From NCBI GenBank assembly GCA_965209055.1, contig OZ242374.1:5632001-5696000 (forward strand): 64,000 nt of DNA, read 5' to 3'. The stretch's first letter is position 1. Each line of letters opens with the position of its first letter. Position numbers and translations under genes: made by a program. Of the stretch, positions 54,263 through 64,000 are shown one piece after another. Below the pieces are notes generated by a model that made no database searches, had not been told where the DNA came from, and saw nothing but the letters and a program-made list of their open reading frames with translations. The DNA comes from Acidobacteriota bacterium (GTDB taxonomy: Bacteria; Acidobacteriota; UBA6911; RPQK01; JAJDTT01).

Positions 54263-55852
54263 CTAATGAAACTGCAGCGAGAAGAGGTCGCCGTCGCGGA
54301 TTTCGATCTTCATACGCACGGTCTGACCGGCCAGAGCAGACAGGTCGGCGCCGCCCTTCCACTTGACGGTCCGCTGCAGCTCGTCGCCGAAGATCAGCTT
54401 GCAATCATCCAGGCCGTAGCCCTCCAGGGGATCTCCCCGCTGGTCCTGGAACTCGACGCGGAGGCTTCCCGCGGCCGAGGTGGAGTAGTTCAGCGTGAGC
54501 CGGGAGCCTGAGAAGCGGAAGGGCCGGGTCCGGACCGATCCGCCCTCGAAGTTGCCCTGCAGCGAGACGAACCCGTCTTCCCGCAGCACGCCGCGCCGGA
54601 TCTTGACCGTCTGGGTTCCGTAATTCTCCACGAAGTAAAGGGACATCTCCCCGTCGCCGGTGGGAACCAGCGTGGGTCCCACTTCGATGGCCCTGCCGTG
54701 CCAGTTCCGGATGTCCCGCCCGGGACGGATGAAGGCCTCGCGAAAATGGGTGAACGTGATGCCGTCCCGGCTGAACATGAAGACGATGTCCGAGAGTCCG
54801 GCGCAACCGTAGATCCAGGTGATGCCCGGCACCTCCATGCTCGAACAATCGGGCGCGTTTGCCCAGGGCTCCATGTAGACATGGGGCCAATCCGGGTCGA
54901 AAACCCGCTCGGGCATGAACCGCTTGGGAAACATGACCATCAGGTCGGGTCTTCGATAGTACGGAGTGGCGGCGTTCTTGTAGAGATGCTCCTCGGGGGT
55001 GCTCCGGTACTGGAGATATTCGGGTTCCGACCAGTTCAGGAAGTCCTTGGAGACGAAGCGCCGGATGTCACGGATCCTGGGCACCGTGAACTCGGTTCCC
55101 GAGGGCAATTGGGCCGTGACGTGGTAGAGCTCCTTGCGGACGGTCTTGGAGCCGTAGGGCACGCTTCCCCGCCGATACCAGCCCCGGGCGTAGATGGCGT
55201 AGTGCCCGCGTCCCGGGTCCCAGAGGCCGATGTTGTGCGAGTCCAGCGCCCCGTCCTCCCAAGGCGGCTGCAGCAGCTTCTGCTCCCGGATCATGCGCCA
55301 TCGAAGCCCGTCGGGAGAGACCAGGCCGTAAATGACGGGCCGGTCGTGTCCGGCGCCCGGCTCCTTTCCGGTGCAGATGGACTTGTAGCGCTCGTCCGGC
55401 GGAGTCTCCGGGTTGGGGTCCTTGAAGATGGCGAGAGTGGAGCAGATGCCTCCCGGAATCGGCCAGACCAGGTTGTTTTTCCTGGAGCCCTTGAATTCGA
55501 TGAGGTTCAGTTCCGGCTTGACCCAGTGAATGCCGTCGGCGCTCTCGGCATAAGCCCAGAGGTGGGGCCGCGAGGGGCCGCCCCCCCGGTACCACATCCG
55601 GTAGCGGGAGCCGTCCTTCATGACGCTAGGGTCGTAAAGATAGAGTCCCTCCCAGGGACGATCCAGTTGGATGGCCACCTCCGCCGCTCGGGGACGGTGC
55701 AACTGCCGGTAAACGCCGTCCAGTGAATCCACCAGCCAGTCGTCGACGAAAAGCTGGAGGTCGGTGCCCACGTCACGCACTTCGACGTGTCCGGCACCAC
55801 GCACCGAAATGGCCAGAAAAAGAGTGATAATCGCTCGGAGGGTGACCTGCAT
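54263..55852 (-). CDS. Secreted beta-propeller glycoside-hydrolase-like protein
   Basis: QLFVDD, YRMWY, AESADGIHWVKPEL, SPDGLRW, FSRDG, EDGFVSL; paralog of 25045-26649. Confidence 0.75.
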   Translation of the reverse strand: MQVTLRAIITLFLAISVRGAGHVEVRDVGTDLQLFVDDWLVDSLDGVYRQLHRPRAAEVAIQLDRPWEGLYLYDPSVMKDGSRYRMWYRGGGPSRPHLWAYAESADGIHWVKPELNLIEFKGSRKNNLVWPIPGGICSTLAIFKDPNPETPPDERYKSICTGKEPGAGHDRPVIYGLVSPDGLRWRMIREQKLLQPPWEDGALDSHNIGLWDPGRGHYAIYARGWYRRGSVPYGSKTVRKELYHVTAQLPSGTEFTVPRIRDIRRFVSKDFLNWSEPEYLQYRSTPEEHLYKNAATPYYRRPDLMVMFPKRFMPERVFDPDWPHVYMEPWANAPDCSSMEVPGITWIYGCAGLSDIVFMFSRDGITFTHFREAFIRPGRDIRNWHGRAIEVGPTLVPTGDGEMSLYFVENYGTQTVKIRRGVLREDGFVSLQGNFEGGSVRTRPFRFSGSRLTLNYSTSAAGSLRVEFQDQRGDPLEGYGLDDCKLIFGDELQRTVKWKGGADLSALAGQTVRMKIEIRDGDLFSLQFH

Positions 55853-55941
55853 GGCCAATATTCTCCATACTAACGGCGACTGCGTCCAGAGAGCGTCCGG
55901 CAGCAGGTTGGCGGACTTGAAAGGAAGGATCGATCAGAGCA

Positions 55942-57828
55942 ATGAAGACCTTGTGCACGAAACTTACGGCCGTCCTGATCTTGGCGGGTTGCCCGCTCCT
56001 GGCGGGGGTGGAGATCGCCGTCGACACTTCCATGCCGCCCCCCGGCTGGGCGGTGATGCAACGGGAGCTGCTGCGCACCCAGGCGGCGGCTTGCAGAAAG
56101 TTCTACGAGAATTACTTCGATCATCGAGGATTCCTCATCTGCACCGTGCGATGGGGCGCCCTCGACGGTCCCGACGACGCCATCGAGAACCTCCGGGACT
56201 GGCCCATCCTTCATTCCCTGGGCGCCTCGGACGACGTCCTTCAAATGTACAAAAAGGCCTGGGAAGGGCACCTGCGGCAATACACCCTGGCCAAGACCAC
56301 CGACGTGGAGTTCGCCCGCGACGGCATGTACTTCAAGGAATTCCACACCAAGATGGACTGGATCCACATCGGTGAAGGCCTGGTGGTCCTGGAGCAGCAG
56401 GCGCTCTCCGACCCGGAAGACGTCCTCTTCCAGCGCCGCATGCGCCGTTTCGCCGGTCTCTACATGAATGAGGACCCTGGGGCCCCGAACTACGACCCCG
56501 AGCACAAGGTCATCCGAAGCCTCTTCAACGGGAGCCGGGGACCGCTGCTGCGGGACGCGAGGCCCGTGGACTGGGCCGGAGACCCCATCGAGATCGAGAA
56601 CCGCTTCAAGCCGCTCCACAGCGAAAAGAACTACCGGCTCATGCTGGAGCATTTCGAGGACTACACCGACATCGTCGGCGACCACCCGTTGAACCTGTTG
56701 TCCACCAGCCTGGCGACCCAAGCCTACATGCTGAACCACGAAGAGAAATACAAGAACTGGGTCCTGGAGTACGTGGACGCCTGGATGGAGAGGATGGAGG
56801 CCAACGGCGGGATCATGCCCTCCAAGGTGGGACTGGACGGAAAGGTCGGCGGCAAGAGCGGCAAGTGGTACGCCGGAGCCTATGGTTGGGGGTTCACGGT
56901 CCGGGTGCCCGACACCACCACCTACGTGAACCGCAATCAGCACGAGTACGGTCTCGTGGGTTTGACCAATGCCTTTCTGCTGACCGGCGACCGCAAGTAC
57001 CTGGACGCCTGGCGGCGGCAGATGGACGTGGTCAACGCCAACTCCAAGGTGGAGGAGGGCCAGACGGTCTACCCCCAGATGTACGGCGATCAGGGCTGGT
57101 ACGCCTACCGGCCTCAAAAGTACTCCGAGGGCGCTCTGGACTTGTTCTACTTCCTGATGGAGAAGAAGGAGCGCGCGCTCCTGCCGAAGCGCGGCTGGCT
57201 GGATTTCCTGGAGGGGAACGATCCGGACTACCCCGAGCGGGCGATGCAGAACGATTTCGCCACCATCCGGGACAAGATCGAGGCCATGGGCCGGGACGAA
57301 ACCACTCCCGACACCCGTTTGGCCGATGATCCCATGAGGTACAGCCCGGCCCGGGTCGGCTCCCTGGTCCACATCATGCTGGGCGGCCTGAATCACCTGG
57401 CCCACGAAACCCGTTTCCGCCTCACCCTGGTGAAGGACGCCCAGGACTACATCAATCGCGGCAAGGAACACCGGAAACGGATCGGCCACCTGGGAAGCCT
57501 GCTTCACGCCCGGCTGCGTTACTTCGACCCGGACCGGAGACGGCCCGGCATTCCCCGGGACGTAGCAGCCCTGGTGACGGAGATGACCCCGGACAAGACC
57601 ACGGTCACATTGGTCAACGTGAATCAGCTCGAGCCGCGAACCGTCATCCTCCAGGGTGGCTCCTATGGAGAGCACCAGTGCCTGTCCGCGACGGTGGAGG
57701 GAGAGGAGACGCCTATCGGCGCGCCGTTCTTTCAAGTTCGGCTGGGCGCCGGCGCCGGTGCGACTCTGGCCATCGCCATGAAGCGGTTCGCGAATCAGCC
57801 GACCCTGATGCCGCCCTGGCGCCGTTGA
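55942..57828 (+). CDS. Exported hypothetical protein (possibly alpha/alpha-barrel enzyme)
   Basis: 628 aa; signal peptide; strong GC3 codon bias; WGALDGPDDAIEN, DWIHIGEG, RLRYFDPDRRRPG. Confidence 0.75.
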   Translation: MKTLCTKLTAVLILAGCPLLAGVEIAVDTSMPPPGWAVMQRELLRTQAAACRKFYENYFDHRGFLICTVRWGALDGPDDAIENLRDWPILHSLGASDDVLQMYKKAWEGHLRQYTLAKTTDVEFARDGMYFKEFHTKMDWIHIGEGLVVLEQQALSDPEDVLFQRRMRRFAGLYMNEDPGAPNYDPEHKVIRSLFNGSRGPLLRDARPVDWAGDPIEIENRFKPLHSEKNYRLMLEHFEDYTDIVGDHPLNLLSTSLATQAYMLNHEEKYKNWVLEYVDAWMERMEANGGIMPSKVGLDGKVGGKSGKWYAGAYGWGFTVRVPDTTTYVNRNQHEYGLVGLTNAFLLTGDRKYLDAWRRQMDVVNANSKVEEGQTVYPQMYGDQGWYAYRPQKYSEGALDLFYFLMEKKERALLPKRGWLDFLEGNDPDYPERAMQNDFATIRDKIEAMGRDETTPDTRLADDPMRYSPARVGSLVHIMLGGLNHLAHETRFRLTLVKDAQDYINRGKEHRKRIGHLGSLLHARLRYFDPDRRRPGIPRDVAALVTEMTPDKTTVTLVNVNQLEPRTVILQGGSYGEHQCLSATVEGEETPIGAPFFQVRLGAGAGATLAIAMKRFANQPTLMPPWRR

Positions 57829-57866
57829 ACCGGGATCCGGCGTCCAACCGGGGATTCCGGTCTTCG

Positions 57867-58931
57867 TCAACCGACCCGGCGCGCGGCGGTTCTGCGCGTA
57901 GCGGTTCCGCCGTGGACCGCCCGCTGCCGCTTCGCCAGCCTTCCGGCCCAGAGGACAGCCTGTATCAGGCTCTGGGGACTGGCTCGTCCGGTCCACGCAA
58001 TGTCGAAGGCGGTCCCGTGCGCCACCGAGGTGCGCACCAGGGGAAGGCCCAGGGTCATGTGAATGCCCCGGTCGAAAGAGATCATCTTGAAGGGAACGTG
58101 GCCCTGATCGTGATACATGGTCACCACGGCCTGGTAGCGGGAACGGACCGAGGGGACGAAGAGCGTGTCGGCCGGCAAGGGGCCGTCCACCTCCATTCCC
58201 TCTCGCCGGGCCGCCTCCACCGCGGGCCGGATGACATGCTCTTCCTCGCCGGAACCGAAGAGCCCGCCCTCCCCCGCGTGGGGATTGAGTCCTGACACCG
58301 CCAGCCGAGGCGTCTCGCCGCGCAGGTTCACCACCGCATCCCGTGTCAGCCGAATGGCCTCCAGCACACGTGCCTTGGTGAGTTCCCTGGAGACCCTTTC
58401 GACCCCGACGTGCCCCGTGACCATGCTGACCCGCAGCTCGTCCGAAGCCAGCATCATGTAGACCGCTGGAGTACCGGTGGCGGCGGCCAGGTAGTCAGTA
58501 TGCCCCGAAAACGGGATTCCGCCGGCCTGCAGGGCCTGCTTGTTGATGGGACCGGTGGCCAGGGCAGCAAATTCTCCGTTCATGGTCCTGGTGGCGGCCG
58601 CTTCCAGAAAACGGAAACCGGCGCGGCCGCAAGACGCCTGGACCCGGCCGGGCCGGACTCGATAGGCCTCCAACCCACCTGGATCGACCACGGCGGGTGA
58701 GGATTCGGAAAGATCCGAGTGTCCCTGCTTCCCGGTCACGACCCGGTCCGGGCCGGGAAGCCGACAAGCGCGGGCAACGCGGTCCAGCACCTCCGCATTC
58801 CCGAACACGACCGGGACGCAACGCCTCAGCACCCTGGAGTCTGCCAGCAGACGCAGACAGATCTCAGGCCCGATCCCGGCCGGATCGCCCATGGTGACCG
58901 CCACGCGGGGCCGCCGCTTGGAAGCTGCCAT
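57867..58931 (-). CDS. pdxA: 4-hydroxythreonine-4-phosphate dehydrogenase family
   Basis: MGDPAGIGPE, PINK, GHTDYL, GLNPHAGEGG, PADTLF, MYHDQGH, RTSVAHGTAFDIA. Confidence 0.92.
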   Translation of the reverse strand: MAASKRRPRVAVTMGDPAGIGPEICLRLLADSRVLRRCVPVVFGNAEVLDRVARACRLPGPDRVVTGKQGHSDLSESSPAVVDPGGLEAYRVRPGRVQASCGRAGFRFLEAAATRTMNGEFAALATGPINKQALQAGGIPFSGHTDYLAAATGTPAVYMMLASDELRVSMVTGHVGVERVSRELTKARVLEAIRLTRDAVVNLRGETPRLAVSGLNPHAGEGGLFGSGEEEHVIRPAVEAARREGMEVDGPLPADTLFVPSVRSRYQAVVTMYHDQGHVPFKMISFDRGIHMTLGLPLVRTSVAHGTAFDIAWTGRASPQSLIQAVLWAGRLAKRQRAVHGGTATRRTAARRVG

Positions 58932-59112
58932 CTGCCTGCTCACGCCGTTCGCCCCCTCCCGCACCCATGTCGTTGACGCTCAACGGTTTCGGACCCTTGG
59001 CGGTCCATCCGGGTGAAACCGCAATCTGAGGATGATAGCAGCCCGTGGAAAAAGTCGTCACGGCATTCGACCGTTCCTGCAAGGGCGCGGACTGCTGGCA
59101 GAACGCCGGGAG

Positions 59113-60399
59113 TCACTGGCTCAGTTCCCGCGTGCGTCGGCGGTTCGCCGCGCGGTCGCCGGAAAGGCCCAGAGCCTCCTCCGCACTCCGGCTCCAGAGG
59201 GTCTCGATCTCGGGATTGAGATCGTACATCCACCTCACCAGGTCTTCGGTGGAGGCGCGCCCTCTGGCCCGGGCGCGCCGGGAGACCTTCAGATGCGGGG
59301 ACAAGGCCTGGGCCAGATCGGCGCTGAAGTAGACCGCGCCCCGATGAGAGAGATGATGTCCGTCCACGAACAGGCCCCGGTCGCTGTAGTCGCGCCTGGC
59401 GCGGAGGATATCCACCTTCTCCCGGGCCGCCAGTTCCTCCAACCGGGCCTGGTTCCGGGACATGACCGGATCGTGGACCCGGCGGAAGGTGTCGTGGACC
59501 GGCATGATGAGAAGCAGCGGCGTGATCCCCTGGTTGCGGCACGCCTCGAACAACCCCACCAGGTTCTCCTCGTCCAGAGGAGTCTCGCCGTCGAAGCGGG
59601 CGCGTTTCGTGAACTCACCGGACATGTGTCCGCCGTAGGGTTGCGGGCCCCAGCCGCAGGCGGTCTTGAATCCCGAGCGCCGCTCCAGATCCTTGAAGTG
59701 AACCGGAGTGGCCCTGGGGTCCCGCGCATCCCGGTAGCAGTCGTCCAGAAACCAACAGCTCAGATCGGGAAGCAGCTCCTGCTCGATCAGGTCCCGCCGG
59801 TAGCGAAACAGGGCGAACCGGTAGGAGAGGAAGCGGGTGACGAAACCCTCGACGGCATCGCCGCCCGAAGCCGGCGCGTGTTCCAATCGATAGGCCAGAG
59901 ACTCCCGGTAATGGTCGATCAGCTTCCAGAGCTTGCGCTTCTCGAGAGGCCAGTCGGGACTCACCCCGAAGACCAGGAAGTCGGGACGGACCTCGATGTC
60001 CAGGAGATGGGGAAGAAACGCCTCCCGGGCGAAACGGGCTACCTGGGAGCCGGTGCCGAAGTTGAACAGCGCCTGGTGGGGGACTCCCAGGGTGCGGGCC
60101 ACGACTTCGGGGACGATGCCGTTCTTGGTGCGCGAGTCACCGGTGAAGATGACCTTGGGAGGGTTGGGATAGGCCCGGAGCAGTGCGTTCCGGCGGGTCA
60201 CCCGGGGGTCGTGGTAGGGCAGAAGCTCCATGTCGAACTGGGGCAGAACCAGCAGCCTCCGATTCATCTCCAACAGAATGAAGTCGGCCGCGATCAGGGT
60301 CAGCACCAGACCCAGCAGTATCTTGAGGAGGCGCTTGGCAAGGCCGGGCAGATCCCTGTTCCGCCCTCGGACCGCCGCCGCCAACGGATCTACAACCAT
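59113..60399 (-). CDS. SGNH/DltD-like partner of the MBOAT acyltransferase
   Basis: N-terminal TM helix; FTGDSR (GDS) and FVDGHHL (DxxH) motifs. Confidence 0.7.
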   Translation of the reverse strand: MVVDPLAAAVRGRNRDLPGLAKRLLKILLGLVLTLIAADFILLEMNRRLLVLPQFDMELLPYHDPRVTRRNALLRAYPNPPKVIFTGDSRTKNGIVPEVVARTLGVPHQALFNFGTGSQVARFAREAFLPHLLDIEVRPDFLVFGVSPDWPLEKRKLWKLIDHYRESLAYRLEHAPASGGDAVEGFVTRFLSYRFALFRYRRDLIEQELLPDLSCWFLDDCYRDARDPRATPVHFKDLERRSGFKTACGWGPQPYGGHMSGEFTKRARFDGETPLDEENLVGLFEACRNQGITPLLLIMPVHDTFRRVHDPVMSRNQARLEELAAREKVDILRARRDYSDRGLFVDGHHLSHRGAVYFSADLAQALSPHLKVSRRARARGRASTEDLVRWMYDLNPEIETLWSRSAEEALGLSGDRAANRRRTRELSQ

Positions 60400-60463
60400 A
60401 TGGCTCCTTCGTCCCAATCCAATTATATCCTGCCCCTCAAGCCCTTCCGCCGGGACCGGGAGG

Positions 60464-61879
60464 TCAGAACTGGAAGTAAATGAAACTCGCCTGCCCCCCG
60501 GCAAACAGATAGAGCACCAGCAGACCTCCCAACATGATCCAGCTCCAGCTCATGGCTCGCGACGACGCCAGCCGGCGGGAAAGGCGGCCCATCCGGTAGC
60601 TGAGAACATGGATCAAGGCGAAGGCCACCATCAGGAAAAGGGGCAAGGGGTGGCTGTGGACCAGTGCCGAAAGCCCGGCGGTGTTGAAGTCCCAGAAGAT
60701 CATTTTCCTGACGTAGAAAGACAGCGTGCCCAAGTCCGGGAGAATGAAGATGAGCCAGCCGATGCAGGTGAGATAGAAGGTCCCCAGGATCTTCAGGGGA
60801 TTCCAGATTCCGGACCCGGATGCCGGCCGCCGCCAGATCAGGAGCTTGTGGACGATGAGCAGAATCCCCTGGTACAGGCCCCAGAGCACGAAGTGCCACG
60901 CGGCGCCGTGCCAGAGTCCGCCCAGGAGCATTGTCACCATCAGGTTCACCAGTTGCCGCGGCCGGCCCTTCCGGTTTCCGCCGAGGGGAATGTAGAGGTA
61001 GTCCCGGAGCCAACTGGAAAGGCTGATGTGCCACCGTTTCCAGAACTCGGTGATGTTGTGCGAGAAGTAGGGAAAGTCGAAGTTGTCCGGAAAACGAAAG
61101 CCCATGACCCGGGCCGAACCGATGGCGATGTCGGTGTATCCCGAAAAATCGCAGTAGATCTGAATGGCGAAAGCGATGATGCCCAGAAACACCCAGAGGG
61201 AGTCGTGAGTCAGATCCCCGTGGAAGACCGTTTCGACGAATCCCGAAAGGTTGTCGGCCACGCAGACCTTCTTGATGAGCCCGTACAGGATCAACGTCGA
61301 TCCGAAACGGATCCGGTCCCAGTTGACCATGGGCATCCGGACGAGCTGCGGCAGGAAATGGCGTGCCCTCACAATGGGACCGGCCACCAACTGGGGAAAA
61401 AAGGAGACGTAGAGAGCGAACTGCCGGATGGAGTCCACAGGCTTCAGCTTGCCGAAGTAGATGTCGAGCGTGTAGCTCATGCTCTGGAAGGTGTAGAAGG
61501 AGATGCCGATGGGAAGGAAGATCTCCCATCCCGGGAGCCGTACCCCGAAGCCCAGGCTGCCGAAGAGGCTCTCCACACTGGCGAGAGCGAAATTGGTGTA
61601 TTTGAAATAGGCCAGGACCCCCAAGTTGCCGGCGATGCTGACGGCCAGGAGGATCCGGCGCGTCCGCAAGCGGGTTGAATTCCCGATGGCCCGCCCGCAG
61701 TAGAAGTCGAGGAAGCTGGAATAGAGGAGCAGCAGGACGTACCAGGTCGACGACACCCAATAGAAGTAGTAGCTGGCCAGCAGCAGGAACAGGTGCTGGA
61801 ACCGGCGCCTGCGGACCGCGTCTACGACGAGGAGCACCAGCAGGAAGAAAAGGATGTAGTGGAAGCTGTTGAAGAGCAT
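60464..61879 (-). CDS. MBOAT family O-acyltransferase (AlgI/PatA-like)
   Basis: LPIGISFYTFQ, FFPQLVAGPI, QIYCDFSGYTD, FWKRWHISLSSWLRDYLYIPLGGNR, GLWHGA. Confidence 0.92.
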   Translation of the reverse strand: MLFNSFHYILFFLLVLLVVDAVRRRRFQHLFLLLASYYFYWVSSTWYVLLLLYSSFLDFYCGRAIGNSTRLRTRRILLAVSIAGNLGVLAYFKYTNFALASVESLFGSLGFGVRLPGWEIFLPIGISFYTFQSMSYTLDIYFGKLKPVDSIRQFALYVSFFPQLVAGPIVRARHFLPQLVRMPMVNWDRIRFGSTLILYGLIKKVCVADNLSGFVETVFHGDLTHDSLWVFLGIIAFAIQIYCDFSGYTDIAIGSARVMGFRFPDNFDFPYFSHNITEFWKRWHISLSSWLRDYLYIPLGGNRKGRPRQLVNLMVTMLLGGLWHGAAWHFVLWGLYQGILLIVHKLLIWRRPASGSGIWNPLKILGTFYLTCIGWLIFILPDLGTLSFYVRKMIFWDFNTAGLSALVHSHPLPLFLMVAFALIHVLSYRMGRLSRRLASSRAMSWSWIMLGGLLVLYLFAGGQASFIYFQF

Positions 61880-61897
61880 TTCAGCCGGCGGCGGGAA

Positions 61898-62929
61898 TCA
61901 CGGGATGCCGGGCCAGACTTCCATGGGATCGGTGGACCGGACCACATGCATTCCGGCGCCGGAGAACCGGCGGAAGGCGGCCGCGGCGTCCTCCGTGTAG
62001 TCGACGACGCCCGGCACGACCACCGGCGAGGTGCAGTCCTCCAGCAGGTAGACCCTCCCGGCGAAATCCTCCGGACCGGCCGAGCACTCCTCCAGGAGAT
62101 GGTCGACGGTCCAGGCCACGCAATGGCTCTTGGCCTGTCCCGCCACGATCACCGCGTCGAACGACCGGAGCGACTCCAACAGGGTCCGGTTCTTCTCGCC
62201 GATGGGTGCGCCGTCGGCCCCCTCCATCACTTCCGGACCCAGAACCGAGTAATGCTCGGTCAACGGCGAGTCTCCCTTGACCTGGAAATCGGGCTGGCTC
62301 TGGCGGCAGACGCTGTGAAAAAAGACCGCCTCCTCCAAGGACGACACCAGGGCATGCCCGATCCCGCCCAACATCCCGTGGTAGGGCCAGACGGTGAGCT
62401 GATACTGCCCTTCCGCCTGAAGGCGGCTGACGTAGTGGAGGAGATGATCCTGCCCGTTCTCCCCATCCATTCCGACCTGGGAGCAGGCGACCGGATTGAT
62501 CCGCCAGATGCCCCGCCTCACGTCCTCGGCTGAGATGATGGTGTACGGCTCGGGGTGCTCTCCGGCCTCGTCGATCAGAAACAGGGGATGGAAGATCTGC
62601 ACCGGACGGTGCGTGTCCATGGTCGGACAGATCCGGGTGATGACGCCCAGATTCCGATAGATGAACCGGCACAGCCGCAGGTTGTCCTCCACCGCCGCGC
62701 GTCCGGACGCTCCCCCCACGAAGAGCTCGAACCCGGGAATGCAGAACGTGTTCTGTACGTCCACGGCCACCAGGCAGATCCGTATCCGGTCCTGGGCCGC
62801 AGGCGTGACGCCGTAGCGGATTCTCCACTCCGCCGCTTCCCGGGCTCTCTCCTGATAGGGAACGCGCCAGACCTCATCGACCCGGTTTGGTTCGAAGTGG
62901 GGGGGAACCGGAAGCTGGGGCCGGGGCAT
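61898..62929 (-). CDS. Isochorismatase/nicotinamidase-like cysteine hydrolase
   Basis: [28 protein letters not shown]. Confidence 0.85.
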   Translation of the reverse strand: MPRPQLPVPPHFEPNRVDEVWRVPYQERAREAAEWRIRYGVTPAAQDRIRICLVAVDVQNTFCIPGFELFVGGASGRAAVEDNLRLCRFIYRNLGVITRICPTMDTHRPVQIFHPLFLIDEAGEHPEPYTIISAEDVRRGIWRINPVACSQVGMDGENGQDHLLHYVSRLQAEGQYQLTVWPYHGMLGGIGHALVSSLEEAVFFHSVCRQSQPDFQVKGDSPLTEHYSVLGPEVMEGADGAPIGEKNRTLLESLRSFDAVIVAGQAKSHCVAWTVDHLLEECSAGPEDFAGRVYLLEDCTSPVVVPGVVDYTEDAAAAFRRFSGAGMHVVRSTDPMEVWPGIP

Positions 62930-62939
62930 GTGAGCGGTT

Positions 62940-63215
62940 TCAGCGATTGTAACCGGTCTCTTCGTACCACTGGGCGTTGATCTCGAGGTAGTGATCCCAC
63001 TCCTCGGGAACTTCGTCGTCCGGGAAGATGGCCTCTACCGGGCACTCGGGCACACAGGCGCCGCAATCGATGCACTCCACCGGATCGATGTAGAGCATGG
63101 TGGCATCGGTGAACTCGACTTCATCCGCGCGCGGATGGATGCAATCCACCGGACAGGCGTCCACGCAGGCCGTGTCCTTGGTTCCGATACAGGGCTCAGC
63201 AATGACGAAGGTCAT
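62940..63215 (-). CDS. fdxA: Bacterial dicluster ferredoxin (FdxA-type)
   Basis: [17 protein letters not shown] and [16 protein letters not shown]. Confidence 0.9.
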   Translation of the reverse strand: MTFVIAEPCIGTKDTACVDACPVDCIHPRADEVEFTDATMLYIDPVECIDCGACVPECPVEAIFPDDEVPEEWDHYLEINAQWYEETGYNR

Positions 63216-63275
63216 GATCTCCTCCCTCGCAGGTCCTATCCAATTTAACGGAAAAAGAACTCAGGTCAAGCGGAC

Positions 63276-63382
63276 GAGCGGCGATTTTCAACCGCCGGAC
63301 AGGAACGGCGGTTTCCAACCGCCGGGCGCCCCGGCAACTAACGTGCCAAGAAGGGAATGGGCGACTGAGAGTCGTCCCTCCC
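63276..63382. repeat. Cluster of REP-like palindromes
   Basis: GAGCGGCGATTTTCAACCGCCG, GGAACGGCGGTTTCCAACCGCCG, GGGCGACTGAGAGTCGTCCCTCCC. Confidence 0.6.
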
Positions 63383-63434
63383 CCCCGGCAAATTCGGTGT
63401 CGAGTCGTGTCGCGGACTGCTAGAATATCCCGCA

Positions 63435-64000
63435 GTGAATCGCACCGAACGCCTACTGGACTTGATCGCCTACCTCCTCAACTCCAGCGAGCCGGTCTCC
63501 TGGAGAGAGATCAAGAACCACTTCCCGGAGGACTATGCCCGGGGCGTCGAGGAGTCGAATCAGCGAAAATTCGAGCGGGACAAGGCCGAACTCATCACCC
63601 TCGGGATTCCCATCGACTACAAGAGCGGACCCGAAGTGTCCAAAGACGGCTACGCCATCCGCGAAGACAAGCTCTTCCTTCGCGAAATCGAGTTCAATCC
63701 CACAGAGTCTTCCTTGCTGATGCTCTCGGCCGACGCCGTCCGCGACAATTTGAACTTCCCCTACCAGCCCCAGTTGAAATCCGCCCTGTACAAGATCATC
63801 AGCGTCAGTCAGGTCACCCCTCCCCCGCCCGAATTGAAGATCTCCTTCCCCAAGGGGGGAGTCACCGGCAAATGGCCGAACCTGGTGCACCAGATCCGGG
63901 AAGCGTTGGAGCGAAAGAAGAGTATTGAGATCGAGTACTACGCCTTCTCCACACGGGAGACGACCCGGCGCAAAGTCGATCCCTACGGCCTGATTCTACG
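63435..64000 (+). CDS. PafB-like wHTH-WYL transcriptional regulator, 3' partial
   Basis: GTG start; MNRTERLLDLIAYLL...RKFERDKAELITLGIPI...IEYYAFSTRETTRRKVDPYGL, open to the window end; not in the ORF track. Confidence 0.85.
   Translation, partial: MNRTERLLDLIAYLLNSSEPVSWREIKNHFPEDYARGVEESNQRKFERDKAELITLGIPIDYKSGPEVSKDGYAIREDKLFLREIEFNPTESSLLMLSADAVRDNLNFPYQPQLKSALYKIISVSQVTPPPPELKISFPKGGVTGKWPNLVHQIREALERKKSIEIEYYAFSTRETTRRKVDPYGLIL

Overview
GC-rich bacterial window. The gene content (DUF1501/DUF1549/DUF1553 clusters, many PIN toxin-antitoxin pairs, secreted beta-propellers) suggests an Acidobacteriota- or PVC-like lineage, probably from a metagenome assembly; this is inference. In order: a DUF1501 plus PSCyt/DUF1549/1553 pair; a defence island (McrBC-like system, three intact TA pairs, TA relics); a complete N-methylglutamate methylamine-utilisation cluster (mgsABC, soxDAGB-like, gmaS); an EamA transporter, beta-propeller, beta-helix protein and class I fumarase; a tandem-duplicated pair of pseudo-amidohydrolase plus amidohydrolase; a sodium:solute symporter, K+ channel, DUF433/DUF5615 TA pair and methyltransferase; a second DUF1501/1549/PPC cluster; a tandem-duplicated Spy-like chaperone with an ECF-type promoter; an IS5 element inside a Fic relic followed by a UDG-superfamily gene; an RqlHI-like RecQ-PRTase plus DprA module bracketed by a diverged ~600-bp duplication of a host gene 3' end; pdxA, MBOAT with partner, isochorismatase, ferredoxin and a partial PafB-like WYL regulator. 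The soxA gene is split by a 1.9-kb poly-G tract that is almost certainly a sequencing artefact, and the four missing codons are visible inside it. GGAG-footed REP/REPIN-like palindromes are scattered between genes. No rRNA, tRNA or CRISPR array was seen. Family assignments come from recognising motifs by eye, not from database searches.
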